Shown: piece after piece, positions 52,354 through 61,769 of the stretch | Layout of the letters: each line of letters opens with the position of its first letter | Position numbering within the stretch: the first letter of the stretch is position 1 | Assembly (NCBI GenBank): GCA_938021675.1 | Contig: CALIFY010000010.1 | Location: 8,749-72,748, forward strand | Direction of reading: 5' to 3' | Length of the DNA stretch: 64,000 nucleotides | Origin: an uncultured Acidimicrobiales bacterium | GTDB taxonomy: Bacteria; Actinomycetota; Acidimicrobiia; Acidimicrobiales; SZUA-35 | Notes under the pieces: model-generated | The model's input: the letters and a program-made list of their open reading frames with translations, nothing else | Told to the model about the DNA's origin: nothing | Databases searched by the model: none | Position numbers and translations under genes: made by a program

Positions 52354-54983
52354 AGCATGCAGGCCCCACCCGTGTTGACACCACGACCGGACGTCTCGTC
52401 GACGTTTCGGTTGAGGTCAATGGCGTAGCCCGCAAGGTTGCCGTCCGGCCGGACCAACCGGCGGTGTCAGCCATTCGAGAGGAACTCGATCTCACCGGCA
52501 CAAAACTGGTGTGCGGCGGTGGCGTGTGTGGGGCGTGCACCGCCACGGTCGACGGTGTCCCCGTGGCTACGTGCCTACTTCCGGCAACCTCGCTCGACGG
52601 CACCAGACTCACCACCATCGAGGGCATAGGGGGTAACGGCTCGTTGCACCCGGTGCAACGGGCCTTTGCCGCCCACGATGGCCTGCAATGTGGCTACTGC
52701 ACCCCCGGGTTCGTGGTCGATGCTGCAGTATTCGTCGATGGCTGGCGGGCCGCCAACGGCTCCGAGGTGCCAGAACGAGAGGTCATCGCCGATGCGTTGG
52801 CCGGCCACCTGTGTCGTTGCGGCGCCTATGAGGGAATCTTCCGAGCGGTCGCCGCCGCATGCGCCGGCGATCATGACGATGACGGCCCGGCCGTCGGCCC
52901 CCGACTGGAAGCCCAAGACAAGGTCACCGGTGCCGCCCGATACACCGCCGACATCACACTGCCCGGCATGCTCCACGGTGTCATCGTTCGATCTGACCAC
53001 GCAGCTGGCCGAGAGTCCAAACTGGACTTGGCGCCCGCCGTTTCGGCTGGAGCGGTGGCCACCGTCGACCTGCGCCAAGAAGACTCGACGATCCGGTTTG
53101 CTGGCCAGCCACTGGCCGCGTTGGCCGCCGCCGACCTTACGACGGCACTCGCCGCTCGTCGCAGCGTCACCGTCGGGTTCACGGTTCAGGACCCGATCCT
53201 CACGTTCGATGACGCGTTGGCCCCAGACGCCCGTCATGTGTATGCCGACAAAGCGGCACGTAAGACGGCGCCGAGTTCGGCCGAAGGTCTGCTGATCCCG
53301 GCGGCATGGAAAGGCAACCGTCGCGGACCGAACATGGTTCCCTGGTTTGGTATGGTCGCCGCCCGCCGGATTAGACGAGCAGCGGCCGGCGGCGATAGTC
53401 GCCTCGTCGTCGCCGATGTGACCACCGCAGTTCAGGCACACACCAGTTTTGAGCCCCACGGCTGTGTTGCCGATTGGTCTGACCCCGACCACCTTCGGTT
53501 GTGGGTGTCGACCCAAGCCGCCGGTTTCGTGGCGGCCGAAGCAGCGTCCCGCTTCGGCTTGCGGGATGACCAGGTGACCCTCATAGCCGAGCATGTCGGG
53601 GGAGGCTTCGGTTCGAAGCTCGGACTGACGACCGAGACCATCGCCGCCGTTGAGTTGTCTCGCCAGACCCGAAAGCCGGTAAAAATCGTGCTCGACCGGC
53701 GGGAAGAGCTCACCGCCACCGGTAATCGACCGGGAACCAAAATCTCGGTCGCCATGCTGGCCGATGAACAGGGTGAACTCACCGCATTGACCGTCGACAG
53801 CGAGGGAGACGGAGGTGTTTCGGTCGGTTCGTCGGTGGCGGCGCTCGGCGCCTTGATGTATGGCCGTTCCCCTCGACGAGCCCGCGACTACGACGTGGTC
53901 ACCAACGCCGCCCCGGGAACACCGTTTCGTGGGCCTGGTGGGCCGCCGTTGGCCTTCGCCCTGGAGAGCGCGGTCGACGAGATGGCCGAGCGGTTGGATG
54001 AAGACCCGATCGTTCTGAGGCAGCGGTGGGACGGCAACGCACGTCGACAACGGCTCTACGATCGTGCGGCCCGTCTTCGGCTGTGGCTCGATCGGCAACC
54101 GTCGGGGAGCGCCACCGGCCGCTTCCGGACCGGCGTCGGGTTGGCCGCGGCAAACTGGTTCTACTTCGTCGATCCAGATTCCGAAGTCGAGGTGTCGGTA
54201 CGTTCGGGGCGTCTCGTCGTCTCGACGGCAACCCAAGATATGGGGACGGGAAGCAGGAGCGTGTTGGCCGCTGCCGTCGCCGATGTATTTGAGGTCGATC
54301 CCCACGATGTCATCGTCGATATCGGTGTCACCGGTTCTGCTCCTCATGGTCCGATCTCGGGTGGGAGCCGCACGACCACGTCGTTGTGGTCGACCACGGT
54401 CGAGGCGGCAACCAGGCTCCGAACCAAGCTGCAAGGGGTGGAGGTAGCGGCCGCCGATGATTGCTCGGCGAGCGCAACGAGGGACGGGGATTCAAAGATC
54501 CGCCCCCTCCCGATTACGTTCAACGAGATCCAAGCAGGACGTCAATTCAGTGGTGCCGTCCACGTCGCCAAGGTAGAGGTGGACACAGTGCTCGGAAAGA
54601 CCCGGGTGGTACAGGTGTGGGGTGGCATCAATGTCGGCCGTATCCATACTCCGGTGCTGGCTCGCAGCCAGGCCGAAGGGTCGATCATCCAAGGGGTTGG
54701 GTTTGCGCTGTACGAACAACGCATACTCGATCCCCATACCGGCGTGAACCTCACAGCAAATCTGGAGGACTACCGCATACCCCAACTTGGAGACACTCCA
54801 GACATCGACATCCACTTCGATGAAGAAGGTTGGGAGCATGTTCCCGGTGGTGGTGTCGGGCTTGGCGAGGTTGCCACGTTGGGCACGGCCGGGGCGGTAG
54901 CGAACGCCGTGCACAATGCGACCGGGTGGCGACCAGGCCACCTTCCGATCACCCCAGACCGACTCGTGGAGGCACTGCGATGA
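52350..54983 (+). CDS. Xanthine-dehydrogenase-family molybdoenzyme with the [2Fe-2S] small subunit fused to the molybdopterin-binding large subunit
   Basis: N-terminal CGGGVCGACT, QCGYCTPGF and CRCGAY (two 2Fe-2S sites), then ~720 aa of aldehyde-oxidase/XDH a/b-hammerhead and MoCo-binding domains (GGGFGSK, ...QGVGFALYE). Confidence 0.85.
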   Translation: MKHAGPTRVDTTTGRLVDVSVEVNGVARKVAVRPDQPAVSAIREELDLTGTKLVCGGGVCGACTATVDGVPVATCLLPATSLDGTRLTTIEGIGGNGSLHPVQRAFAAHDGLQCGYCTPGFVVDAAVFVDGWRAANGSEVPEREVIADALAGHLCRCGAYEGIFRAVAAACAGDHDDDGPAVGPRLEAQDKVTGAARYTADITLPGMLHGVIVRSDHAAGRESKLDLAPAVSAGAVATVDLRQEDSTIRFAGQPLAALAAADLTTALAARRSVTVGFTVQDPILTFDDALAPDARHVYADKAARKTAPSSAEGLLIPAAWKGNRRGPNMVPWFGMVAARRIRRAAAGGDSRLVVADVTTAVQAHTSFEPHGCVADWSDPDHLRLWVSTQAAGFVAAEAASRFGLRDDQVTLIAEHVGGGFGSKLGLTTETIAAVELSRQTRKPVKIVLDRREELTATGNRPGTKISVAMLADEQGELTALTVDSEGDGGVSVGSSVAALGALMYGRSPRRARDYDVVTNAAPGTPFRGPGGPPLAFALESAVDEMAERLDEDPIVLRQRWDGNARRQRLYDRAARLRLWLDRQPSGSATGRFRTGVGLAAANWFYFVDPDSEVEVSVRSGRLVVSTATQDMGTGSRSVLAAAVADVFEVDPHDVIVDIGVTGSAPHGPISGGSRTTTSLWSTTVEAATRLRTKLQGVEVAAADDCSASATRDGDSKIRPLPITFNEIQAGRQFSGAVHVAKVEVDTVLGKTRVVQVWGGINVGRIHTPVLARSQAEGSIIQGVGFALYEQRILDPHTGVNLTANLEDYRIPQLGDTPDIDIHFDEEGWEHVPGGGVGLGEVATLGTAGAVANAVHNATGWRPGHLPITPDRLVEALR

Positions 54984-55930
54984 GTATCAACTTTCCCCGA
55001 ACCATCGAGGATGCGGTGACGGCGGCCGTCGATGACAATGCCGAGGTCCGTGCCGGGGGTACCGATCTACAAGAACGGTTAGCCTCTCGCCCCCATGATG
55101 CCGTCTTGGTCGACCTCACCAGGGTCGAGGGACTGTCGTCGATCGAGCGGCGCCAAGATGGCAGCGTCGACATCGGTGCCCTCGTCACCGTCGGGCGGAT
55201 CGCGGCAGAGCTTGGTGAGAGTCATGACGCCCTTGCAGCGACGGCTCGAGGTCTGGCAACGCCGCAGATCCGAGCGGTTGCCACCATCGGCGGGAACCTG
55301 GCCCAACACACTCGCTGCTGGTACGCCCGTCATCCCGATCTTGGGTGTTTCAAGACCGGTGGCGACTACTGTCCGGCTCGTGGTGGGGATCACCGGCTCG
55401 GTGTGATATTCGATTCCAGTGCATGCGTCCACCCCCATCCGTCGTCGATGGCTCTGGCGCTGTATGCCTACCACGCGGTGTTCTCAACCACTGGAGGGAT
55501 CGAGGGCGCTCCCATCGCCGAGCTGTATGGCACCGGGGATGACCCGTCTCGCCACCACCTGCTCGACGCCGGCGAGATCATCACCCACATCAATGTGCCG
55601 AGAGTGCCCGACGGTGAACGAGGCGCCTACGTTCGAGCGATTAGCCGGTTTGAGGCTGAGTGGCCTCTGGTCGAAGCTGTCGCCCGGGTCACCGTGGCCG
55701 ACGGGGTTATCGTCGAGGCCCACCTTGCGGTAGGAGGGGTGGCGCCGACACCGCTTCGCCTCGACCGGGTAGCTGAATCGCTGCTCCACCAGCCGCCGAC
55801 GATCGAAGCCATCGAATCGGCGTCTCTGTTGGCGGTCGAAGGGGCCACACCGCTCCCGGCAACCGGATACAAAGCTGATCTGTTGATCGGATGTGTTGCT
55901 GAGGTCCTCATGCGGGCAGTCGGTCGTTGA
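54980..55930 (+). CDS. FAD-binding subunit of the xanthine-dehydrogenase-family enzyme (CoxM/XdhB-like)
   Basis: ATGA overlap with the upstream stop. VRAGGTDLQERL and ATIGGNLAQHTRCWY motifs, plus a CO-dehydrogenase flavoprotein C-terminal-like tail. Confidence 0.85.
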   Translation: MSINFPRTIEDAVTAAVDDNAEVRAGGTDLQERLASRPHDAVLVDLTRVEGLSSIERRQDGSVDIGALVTVGRIAAELGESHDALAATARGLATPQIRAVATIGGNLAQHTRCWYARHPDLGCFKTGGDYCPARGGDHRLGVIFDSSACVHPHPSSMALALYAYHAVFSTTGGIEGAPIAELYGTGDDPSRHHLLDAGEIITHINVPRVPDGERGAYVRAISRFEAEWPLVEAVARVTVADGVIVEAHLAVGGVAPTPLRLDRVAESLLHQPPTIEAIESASLLAVEGATPLPATGYKADLLIGCVAEVLMRAVGR

Positions 55931-56089
55931 TCGTCACCCTAAGCCGTCCGCTCGGGTCTAGATTTCAACTTGGAAGAGTGAGTCGGGGGTAAACAGCACC
56001 GCTCACCGTCCAGCCGTTGACGACTAGCCCAGTCACCGGTGTTGCCCCTGGGCCCATAGGCACACGCTCGATAACGCGACCGGCCCACC

Positions 56090-56130
56090 GATTGACGCGT
56101 CACGATTGACGGTTCAACGCACACGCGTTG
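56090..56130. promoter_or_regulatory. Cluster of short repeats and palindromes upstream of the tad operon
   Basis: GATTGACG x2 (56090, 56104), the 10-bp palindrome TGACGCGTCA (56093-56102), and CAACGC-acac-GCGTTG (56115-56130). They sit 48-88 bp upstream of ATG 56178. TTGACG could serve as -35 hexamers. Confidence 0.3.
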
Positions 56131-56177
56131 GCACCAGATGGCATCGTTTCCCTCGACGCACGAGAGACCGAGAGGGG

Positions 56178-57029
56178 ATGGTCGTGAAGTTGCGCACCGA
56201 GAGAAGGAACGGTGTTGGCGAACCGGCGCTACAGCCGAGCCGAGTATTGGACGAACCGGTCCGATTGGATCCGCCCGCCCATCCATCTTCCAAGCCGAGC
56301 CGACCACCACGTCAGAAGAAGCCGGCGGGCCGATCGTTGGCGCAGCGTATTTCCAGAGGCCATGTCTTTGGCCTCGTGCTCGGTTTGATCGGTTTCGCAC
56401 TGACGTGGAGCATGGTTGATGACCGGAATCGGACGGTCGAGATTCTTGTGGTTGAGGCCGATATCGCCGCCGGCTCCGAGATCGATCCCAGCAACTTGAC
56501 CAACTTGGCCGTCCCCGTCGACTCGGTACTGGTGCAGCGGGGAATCCCAAGCACCGATGGTCGCACCTTGCACGCGGTGGAAAATCTCGCTGTTGGCGAT
56601 CCGGTCCTGGCCAGTTCGGTGACCGATGAGCCTCTCCGCGACGGTCTGGTTGAAGTCGAGGTTGAAGTCACCTCCACGAGTGGTGACATCAAGATCGGGG
56701 ATCAGGTCGGCGTGATCGGCGTTGTCTCCCAAGGTTCCCGATCCACCTCCGGTTGGCTCTCGGTCGATGCTCGGGTGGTCGCTATCGCTGATCAGATTGG
56801 CGGCGGTCTTGTCACGTCCCTTGAACGACGACGGATCACGCTGGCGGTGTCCGGCTCTCAGGCACTCGCTTTAGTCGGAGCACAAGACGTTGGAGAGTTG
56901 GCCCTTGTGCGGTCCGGGTTCGATGCCGAGACCATCGACGTCGAAGAGAGGATCGTGGTCACCCCTGACGTTGTCGGCCGGCAGACCGATGCCCCAGGCG
57001 GATCCGGCGAGGAGCGGTCCGATGGCTGA
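56178..57029 (+). CDS. cpaB: Flp pilus assembly protein CpaB/RcpC-like (TM anchor plus SAF-type domain)
   Basis: GAGGGG lies before ATG 56178. TM helix VFGLVLGLIGFALTWSM. Then VEILVVEADIAAGSEIDPSNL...GDPVLASSV, the typical CpaB SAF region. Confidence 0.75.
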   Translation: MVVKLRTERRNGVGEPALQPSRVLDEPVRLDPPAHPSSKPSRPPRQKKPAGRSLAQRISRGHVFGLVLGLIGFALTWSMVDDRNRTVEILVVEADIAAGSEIDPSNLTNLAVPVDSVLVQRGIPSTDGRTLHAVENLAVGDPVLASSVTDEPLRDGLVEVEVEVTSTSGDIKIGDQVGVIGVVSQGSRSTSGWLSVDARVVAIADQIGGGLVTSLERRRITLAVSGSQALALVGAQDVGELALVRSGFDAETIDVEERIVVTPDVVGRQTDAPGGSGEERSDG

Positions 57030-58416
57030 GCAGGTCGATGGGGACTATCTGGCCGCGCAGAAGTCTGATGGTGCAATCCGGGTCGCACTCGTGGCCTCGA
57101 CCCATCCTTGGCGTGAAGACTTCGGCGCATACGTCACTGAACACGAGGCCCGCCTCGACCTCCACACCATTCGGGATCCCGGTTTGCTGCAAATGCAGAA
57201 GTGGGCGGTCATCATCGTCGATGATACGGTTCCGTTTCTCGATGCGGTGGTGAACCGGATTGGGCCCGAAACCGTCGTGGTCGGCGTAGTTGCTCCCAAC
57301 GGTGAGGGCGCAGGGGTCGAAACGCTCCGGAGCCGCGGCATCGCCGTCATCGTCGAAGACGGATCGGATCCCGCCGCTCTGACCTCTCGTGTCCTCGACC
57401 TTGCCCGCGATCGCGGATTCAAACCCCGGTCCCCTCATCGACTTCGGGCGGTTGTGAATCCACCGGCTTCTCCTGCCGGGCTCGATCGTCCGGCCCAGCC
57501 GAGCCCGAGGCTGTCGAGCCTGCTCGCCGTCGGTGGCCCCAATACAAGGCTCTCGATCGAGGCCGGGGTGGGTTTCTCCGCCGCCCTGGCGGAGAACGCG
57601 CCTTCGGTTCTGATCGACCTCGATCCTCAGCGACTTCTCGCAATTCGGCTTGGGATGCAACTACAACCAAACCTTCGGGATTTGGCTTCAGCATTAGCCC
57701 GTAAAACTGACGTTGACCCGTTCGGCTTCTTTGGCCGTCGCCAGATCAGCAATGTGGCCCTGCCATTCTGGACACTTGTCGGTCCAGCCAGTCCGGACAG
57801 AGAGGCGTCGCTCGAACCGGCCGAGACGGCGGCTGTTCTGCGAACCGCTGCTCTGACCATTCCATATCAGGTCGCGTTGATCGGCGATCCCCGTGCAGGG
57901 TGTCAGGGATCTTGGACTCCTGCCGTCGCTCGTGCCGCCATGCTCGTCGGAGTCACCGATCCAACGCCGATCGGATTGGCCGAGCTCGTCGACTGGTGGG
58001 TTGCCGTCAGAGCCGACCTCGCTGCTCTTCCGGCCATGCACGTGGTGTTTGTTGGTGAGGTCGATGCCGGCGGGATCGGCCGGCTCCAAGCCGAGTTGGC
58101 CGAGTCGCTTCCAGCGTCAGCGGTGGCATCGACTCATCACTTAGAGCTCAAGACAAAGCAGCTTCAGCGAGCGCAATGGCAGGGCGGTCTCGTCGGCCAC
58201 CGGTTCCGTCGCAGGTGTAGCCAGTTGCTGGGTGCCCTCTCCTCGGCGCCTATGCATGGGGCGAACCGTCGATCGACCGAGACGGTTGACGAACCCCTCC
58301 CGCCCAGCCGGCGTAATTCGAGCCCGCCTAAGGCCGACGGCGCCCTCCCGCCGTCCGGCCCGGCGGGCTCTTTATCAGACACAACCGAGTTCATCCCGGT
58401 GGAGGTCGCACGATGA
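57022..58416 (+). CDS. TadZ/CpaE-like (MinD/ParA-fold) pilus localisation protein with a degenerate Walker A and a receiver-like N-domain
   Basis: ATG 57022 overlaps the cpaB end by 8 nt. At the position where CpaE proteins have KGGxGKT, this protein reads LLAVGGPNTRLSIEAGVGFSAALAENAPSVLIDLDPQ. Pro/Arg/Ser-rich tail. Confidence 0.6.
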   Translation: MAEQVDGDYLAAQKSDGAIRVALVASTHPWREDFGAYVTEHEARLDLHTIRDPGLLQMQKWAVIIVDDTVPFLDAVVNRIGPETVVVGVVAPNGEGAGVETLRSRGIAVIVEDGSDPAALTSRVLDLARDRGFKPRSPHRLRAVVNPPASPAGLDRPAQPSPRLSSLLAVGGPNTRLSIEAGVGFSAALAENAPSVLIDLDPQRLLAIRLGMQLQPNLRDLASALARKTDVDPFGFFGRRQISNVALPFWTLVGPASPDREASLEPAETAAVLRTAALTIPYQVALIGDPRAGCQGSWTPAVARAAMLVGVTDPTPIGLAELVDWWVAVRADLAALPAMHVVFVGEVDAGGIGRLQAELAESLPASAVASTHHLELKTKQLQRAQWQGGLVGHRFRRRCSQLLGALSSAPMHGANRRSTETVDEPLPPSRRNSSPPKADGALPPSGPAGSLSDTTEFIPVEVAR

Positions 58417-59738
58417 GTTCCGCCTACCGAGTGTTGCGCGAGTCGGCATCTCGTCGGATAAAGAACCTCGATCTCGACCCTGACACCGACATCGATCGGA
58501 TTCGAGTGCTACTCGACGAGGAGATCCGGTCCTATCAGGTCGAGGCCAACCTCGGCGTTGGGGAACGGCCGCCCCTAGCCGATCCGCAGTTGATGTTCGA
58601 CCGCCTCGACGCCTCGTTCCTCGGGTTCGGGGTACTGACCGAAATGCTGCAGGACCCAGACGTCGAGGAGATCTTTGTCGAGGGTTCCGATGTGTACTGC
58701 ATAGATGGGGCCGGTCGGTTGCGGTCGTCACAAGAGGTTGTCTCGGCCGACGAGCTCTATGTCCTGATCAACCGGTTGCTGGCCGATACCGGTCGGGAGC
58801 TCACCCATCGCTCGCCGATGGTCCAGGCCCGAGTGCTTGGCGGAACGGCCCGTCTCGGCGTGGTCGCCCCTCCCATTGCTGATCGGCTGTCGGTCACGCT
58901 GCGGAAATATCGAATTAAACACGAGAGTTTCGAACAGCTCGTTGGCTACGGAGCGTTTACGCCGGCGGTGGCCGACCTCCTCAAAGCGGCGATGCAGGCC
59001 GGCTCCGGTGTTTTGGTCTGCGGTCGCCCGGGTTCCGGGAAGACGACCCTCATGAACGCCTGCCTTCGTGCGGTGCCTGCGGTGCAGCGGGTCCTGTGCT
59101 GCGAGGAGGTTCGCGAGCTGTCAGCACCGTTGAACCACGGCAGTTATTACCAGGCCCGCCAAACCGACAGCGCTGACGACGCAACTGAGGTTTCTCTCCG
59201 AGACCTGGTGAAGATGTGTCTCGGTATGAGACCGGACTTGCTCGTGATTGGGGAGGTCCGATCGGCGGAGGCGTTCGAGCTCCTCCGGGCAGGCAATGCC
59301 GGTTGCGGGGTTATGGCCACCGTCCACGCCAACTCGGCGGCCGACGCCATGGTCGCGCTGGTGGACACCGCCATCATGGCCGGACAGAACGTACCCGCTC
59401 ACAACGTCCGGTCGACGTTCTCGCAGATCTTCGATCTCATCGTTTTCCTCGACCGGGAGGACCCGACTGAGAATCACGCGGGGCCGATCCGCCGCCAAGT
59501 GCTTGAAGTGGCCGCGGTACTGGGGGCGAAAGCGGACGCCGACGACTTTTCCGTCGTCCCCCTGTTGCGACGGCGAGAGTTCGACGCACCGTTGGAACGT
59601 ACCGGCACACTACCCGAGGCATTGATGCCCCGGGTTGAACGCCAGCTGGCCCGAACGGGAACGACCCTGTGGGAACTGTTGGCTGGACACCCGATCGAAA
59701 CCCCTCTCGGGTTGGAGAACGGGACGGTGCAGCGATGA
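58413..59738 (+). CDS. tadA: TadA/CpaF secretion ATPase (type II/IV secretion NTPase family)
   Basis: Walker A VCGRPGSGKTTLMN, Asp/His boxes, Walker B PDLLVIGEVR. ATGA overlap with the upstream gene. Confidence 0.9.
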   Translation: MSSAYRVLRESASRRIKNLDLDPDTDIDRIRVLLDEEIRSYQVEANLGVGERPPLADPQLMFDRLDASFLGFGVLTEMLQDPDVEEIFVEGSDVYCIDGAGRLRSSQEVVSADELYVLINRLLADTGRELTHRSPMVQARVLGGTARLGVVAPPIADRLSVTLRKYRIKHESFEQLVGYGAFTPAVADLLKAAMQAGSGVLVCGRPGSGKTTLMNACLRAVPAVQRVLCCEEVRELSAPLNHGSYYQARQTDSADDATEVSLRDLVKMCLGMRPDLLVIGEVRSAEAFELLRAGNAGCGVMATVHANSAADAMVALVDTAIMAGQNVPAHNVRSTFSQIFDLIVFLDREDPTENHAGPIRRQVLEVAAVLGAKADADDFSVVPLLRRREFDAPLERTGTLPEALMPRVERQLARTGTTLWELLAGHPIETPLGLENGTVQR

Positions 59739-60583
59739 TGGCGTTTGCCGACACGATTCTTACGGCGGCCGTCGCAGGAATGGTCGGTGTCGGCACGTTT
59801 ACCGTCATAACGCTTGTTCCTCGTCTGAATCTGACTACTCGACAACGTCGAACGGTCGGTTCAAGCGTTTCGATCGCTAGCTCGATAGGGGGGTTTTTGG
59901 CTGCCGCACTGCTCGGTGCGGGCCTGTCGGGGATCCCGATCTTCGGTTTACCTGCGGGGCTCATAGCGGCTGGTATCCCTCGGGCGGTTTTGGTTCGCCG
60001 CCGTAAAGAGTCCCGTCGCCGGCGTCGCGAAGCTTGGCCGGATGCCATCCGGATGCTCAACGCCGGTTTGATGTCAGGTATGCCGCTGCACAACGCCATG
60101 TTGCGGTTGGAACGTGAGGGCCCGCCTGCCCTGGTACCGGTCTGGGCTCGGTATCGACGACTGTCCGCAACCGTTGAGGCCGCAGTGGCGCTCGAAGCGG
60201 TGAAGGTCGACGAGGCCGATCCGTTCGTGGACCGTTTGATCGAGACGCTCATCCTGGCGCTAACTGCTGGGCCAAGCCTGGCTACGGACGTGTTGAGCGA
60301 TCTAGCACTGGCGTTGAACGACGATTTACAGCTCGAGCTACACATCGAGTCGGCCAACCTGGAACAGAAGATCAATTCGAGGGTGGTCGCACTGCTGCCT
60401 ACCGTGACCCTATTCGCGCTCGGTCTGTCGAATCCGTCGTTCCGTGGCTTCTATGAGTCGAGGAACGGAACCGCGGTGGTGCTGCTCGGGACTGCGCTGT
60501 CGTTCGGTGGTCTTCTGGTGGTGGACCGATTGTCGGCAACGCCGGGGGAACCTCGAGTTTTCACCACGGGGGTTGGCTCGTGA
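59735..60583 (+). CDS. tadB: TadB-like inner-membrane platform protein (T2SS-F family)
   Basis: ATG 59735 overlaps the tadA stop (ATGA). N-terminal TM helix, cytoplasmic helical domain (AWPDAIRMLNAGLMSGMPLHNAM), and C-terminal TM helices. Confidence 0.8.
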   Translation: MMAFADTILTAAVAGMVGVGTFTVITLVPRLNLTTRQRRTVGSSVSIASSIGGFLAAALLGAGLSGIPIFGLPAGLIAAGIPRAVLVRRRKESRRRRREAWPDAIRMLNAGLMSGMPLHNAMLRLEREGPPALVPVWARYRRLSATVEAAVALEAVKVDEADPFVDRLIETLILALTAGPSLATDVLSDLALALNDDLQLELHIESANLEQKINSRVVALLPTVTLFALGLSNPSFRGFYESRNGTAVVLLGTALSFGGLLVVDRLSATPGEPRVFTTGVGS

Positions 60584-61527
60584 ACCCTCTTTTCGCCTCA
60601 GCACTCGTCGGCATCTTCTTTGCGACTGTGGGCAGTCTTCTGATTCGTCCCGACCGTCCGCTGGCGGTTCGGCTCCGGCCTTACCTGCTGTACGGTCGCT
60701 CCCGTTCCGGTATGGCTGTTGATGTCGATCGAGCGTTGTCGAGCCGGTACGCCGAGGGTTCGCTGTTGTCCTTTCTCGTCGGCCCGGTTCGTGCGGTAGC
60801 GACGATGGCCCTGGAGGCTGTAATCGATACGGTCGAGGCATCCGACGAGTTGACATTGCGGCTCCGTCGTGCCGGTTTCGGTGATGCCGCGCCAGAGACT
60901 TACCGTCGGTGGCAGGTTCGGGTCGCCGGCGCCTGCTCTGTTGCGGTGAGCCTGATCTCGGTCGGACTTGGCCGGTTGACCGGTCGGTCGTTGGTCGTAT
61001 GGGCTGCGGCCGGCTTCCTGACTGGTTTCTGGCTTGGGGCCATCGCTTTTCGTTCTCACCTGAAAGGCAAAGCCCAGGAACGCGGTGAGCGGCTGAAGCT
61101 TGAGGCCTACTCGATAGCGACGTTATTGGCCGTGTCCTTTCGAACTGGGGCTGGACCTATCTCTGGGCTCCGTCAAGTGGCGGAGCGGGCAAACGGGGAA
61201 ATCGCGAGTGATCTGGACCGAGCCTTTCTCTGGTTGGCCCGTGGTAACTCTTCACGGGAGACCCTCGAACGGCTGGCTCGGGAGTCGCCTGACCCTGCAA
61301 CGACACGAATTTTTCGGCTGTTGGCAACAGCTACCGACAGTGGTTTAAACCCGGCGGTCGGCATGCGACAACTTGCAGATGAGCTTCGAAAAGTTCGCCG
61401 CGAAGAAATCGATCAGCAGGCGACAAAACGACGGTCGCTGATGTTGGTCCCCACCATGTTCTTCATGCTGCCGGTCATCGTTCTCTATGCCCTAGCCCCT
61501 GGTCCGAGCGTGTTGTTCGGGCTGTAG
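60580..61527 (+). CDS. tadC: TadC-like inner-membrane platform protein (T2SS-F family)
   Basis: GTGA overlap with tadB. Same topology as tadB: ...SIATLLAVSFRTGAGPISGLRQVAE..., C-terminal TM helix MLVPTMFFMLPVIVLYALAPG. Confidence 0.8.
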   Translation: MNPLFASALVGIFFATVGSLLIRPDRPLAVRLRPYLLYGRSRSGMAVDVDRALSSRYAEGSLLSFLVGPVRAVATMALEAVIDTVEASDELTLRLRRAGFGDAAPETYRRWQVRVAGACSVAVSLISVGLGRLTGRSLVVWAAAGFLTGFWLGAIAFRSHLKGKAQERGERLKLEAYSIATLLAVSFRTGAGPISGLRQVAERANGEIASDLDRAFLWLARGNSSRETLERLARESPDPATTRIFRLLATATDSGLNPAVGMRQLADELRKVRREEIDQQATKRRSLMLVPTMFFMLPVIVLYALAPGPSVLFGL

Positions 61528-61541
61528 CGAAAGGAATATCA

Positions 61542-61769
61542 ATGACACAAAACCAAGCGACACCCAAAACGGTCAATGCCTGGCAGGAACTCCTGACGAG
61601 AGCTGTTGCTCTGCGCGACGAAACCGGTGACGATCGAGGGGCGGTCACGACTGAAATCGCTGCCTTCATCATAATCGGGCTGATCTTCGTGGCTGCTATT
61701 GCCGCAATCACCGGTCAGGTCGCCACCACTCTCGGAACTCGGATCACGGATCTCGTCGGCGGATTCTGA
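61542..61769 (+). CDS. flp: Flp/DUF4244-type type IVb pilin precursor with a long (~33 aa) leader
   Basis: 75 aa: ...GDDRG|AVTTEIAAFIIIGLIFVAAIAAITG. It has Gly at the predicted cleavage site, Glu at +5, and a hydrophobic helix, as in G-x-x-T-x-E-Y-A Flp pilins. Confidence 0.65.
   Translation: MTQNQATPKTVNAWQELLTRAVALRDETGDDRGAVTTEIAAFIIIGLIFVAAIAAITGQVATTLGTRITDLVGGF

Noticed and set aside
52575-54434. 619-aa minus-strand ORF, the longest unassigned ORF in the track.
   Set aside because: It lies entirely antisense to the XDH-family gene, whose motifs are unambiguous. Its product is Arg/Gly/Pro-rich low-complexity sequence, typical of shadow ORFs in high-GC DNA.
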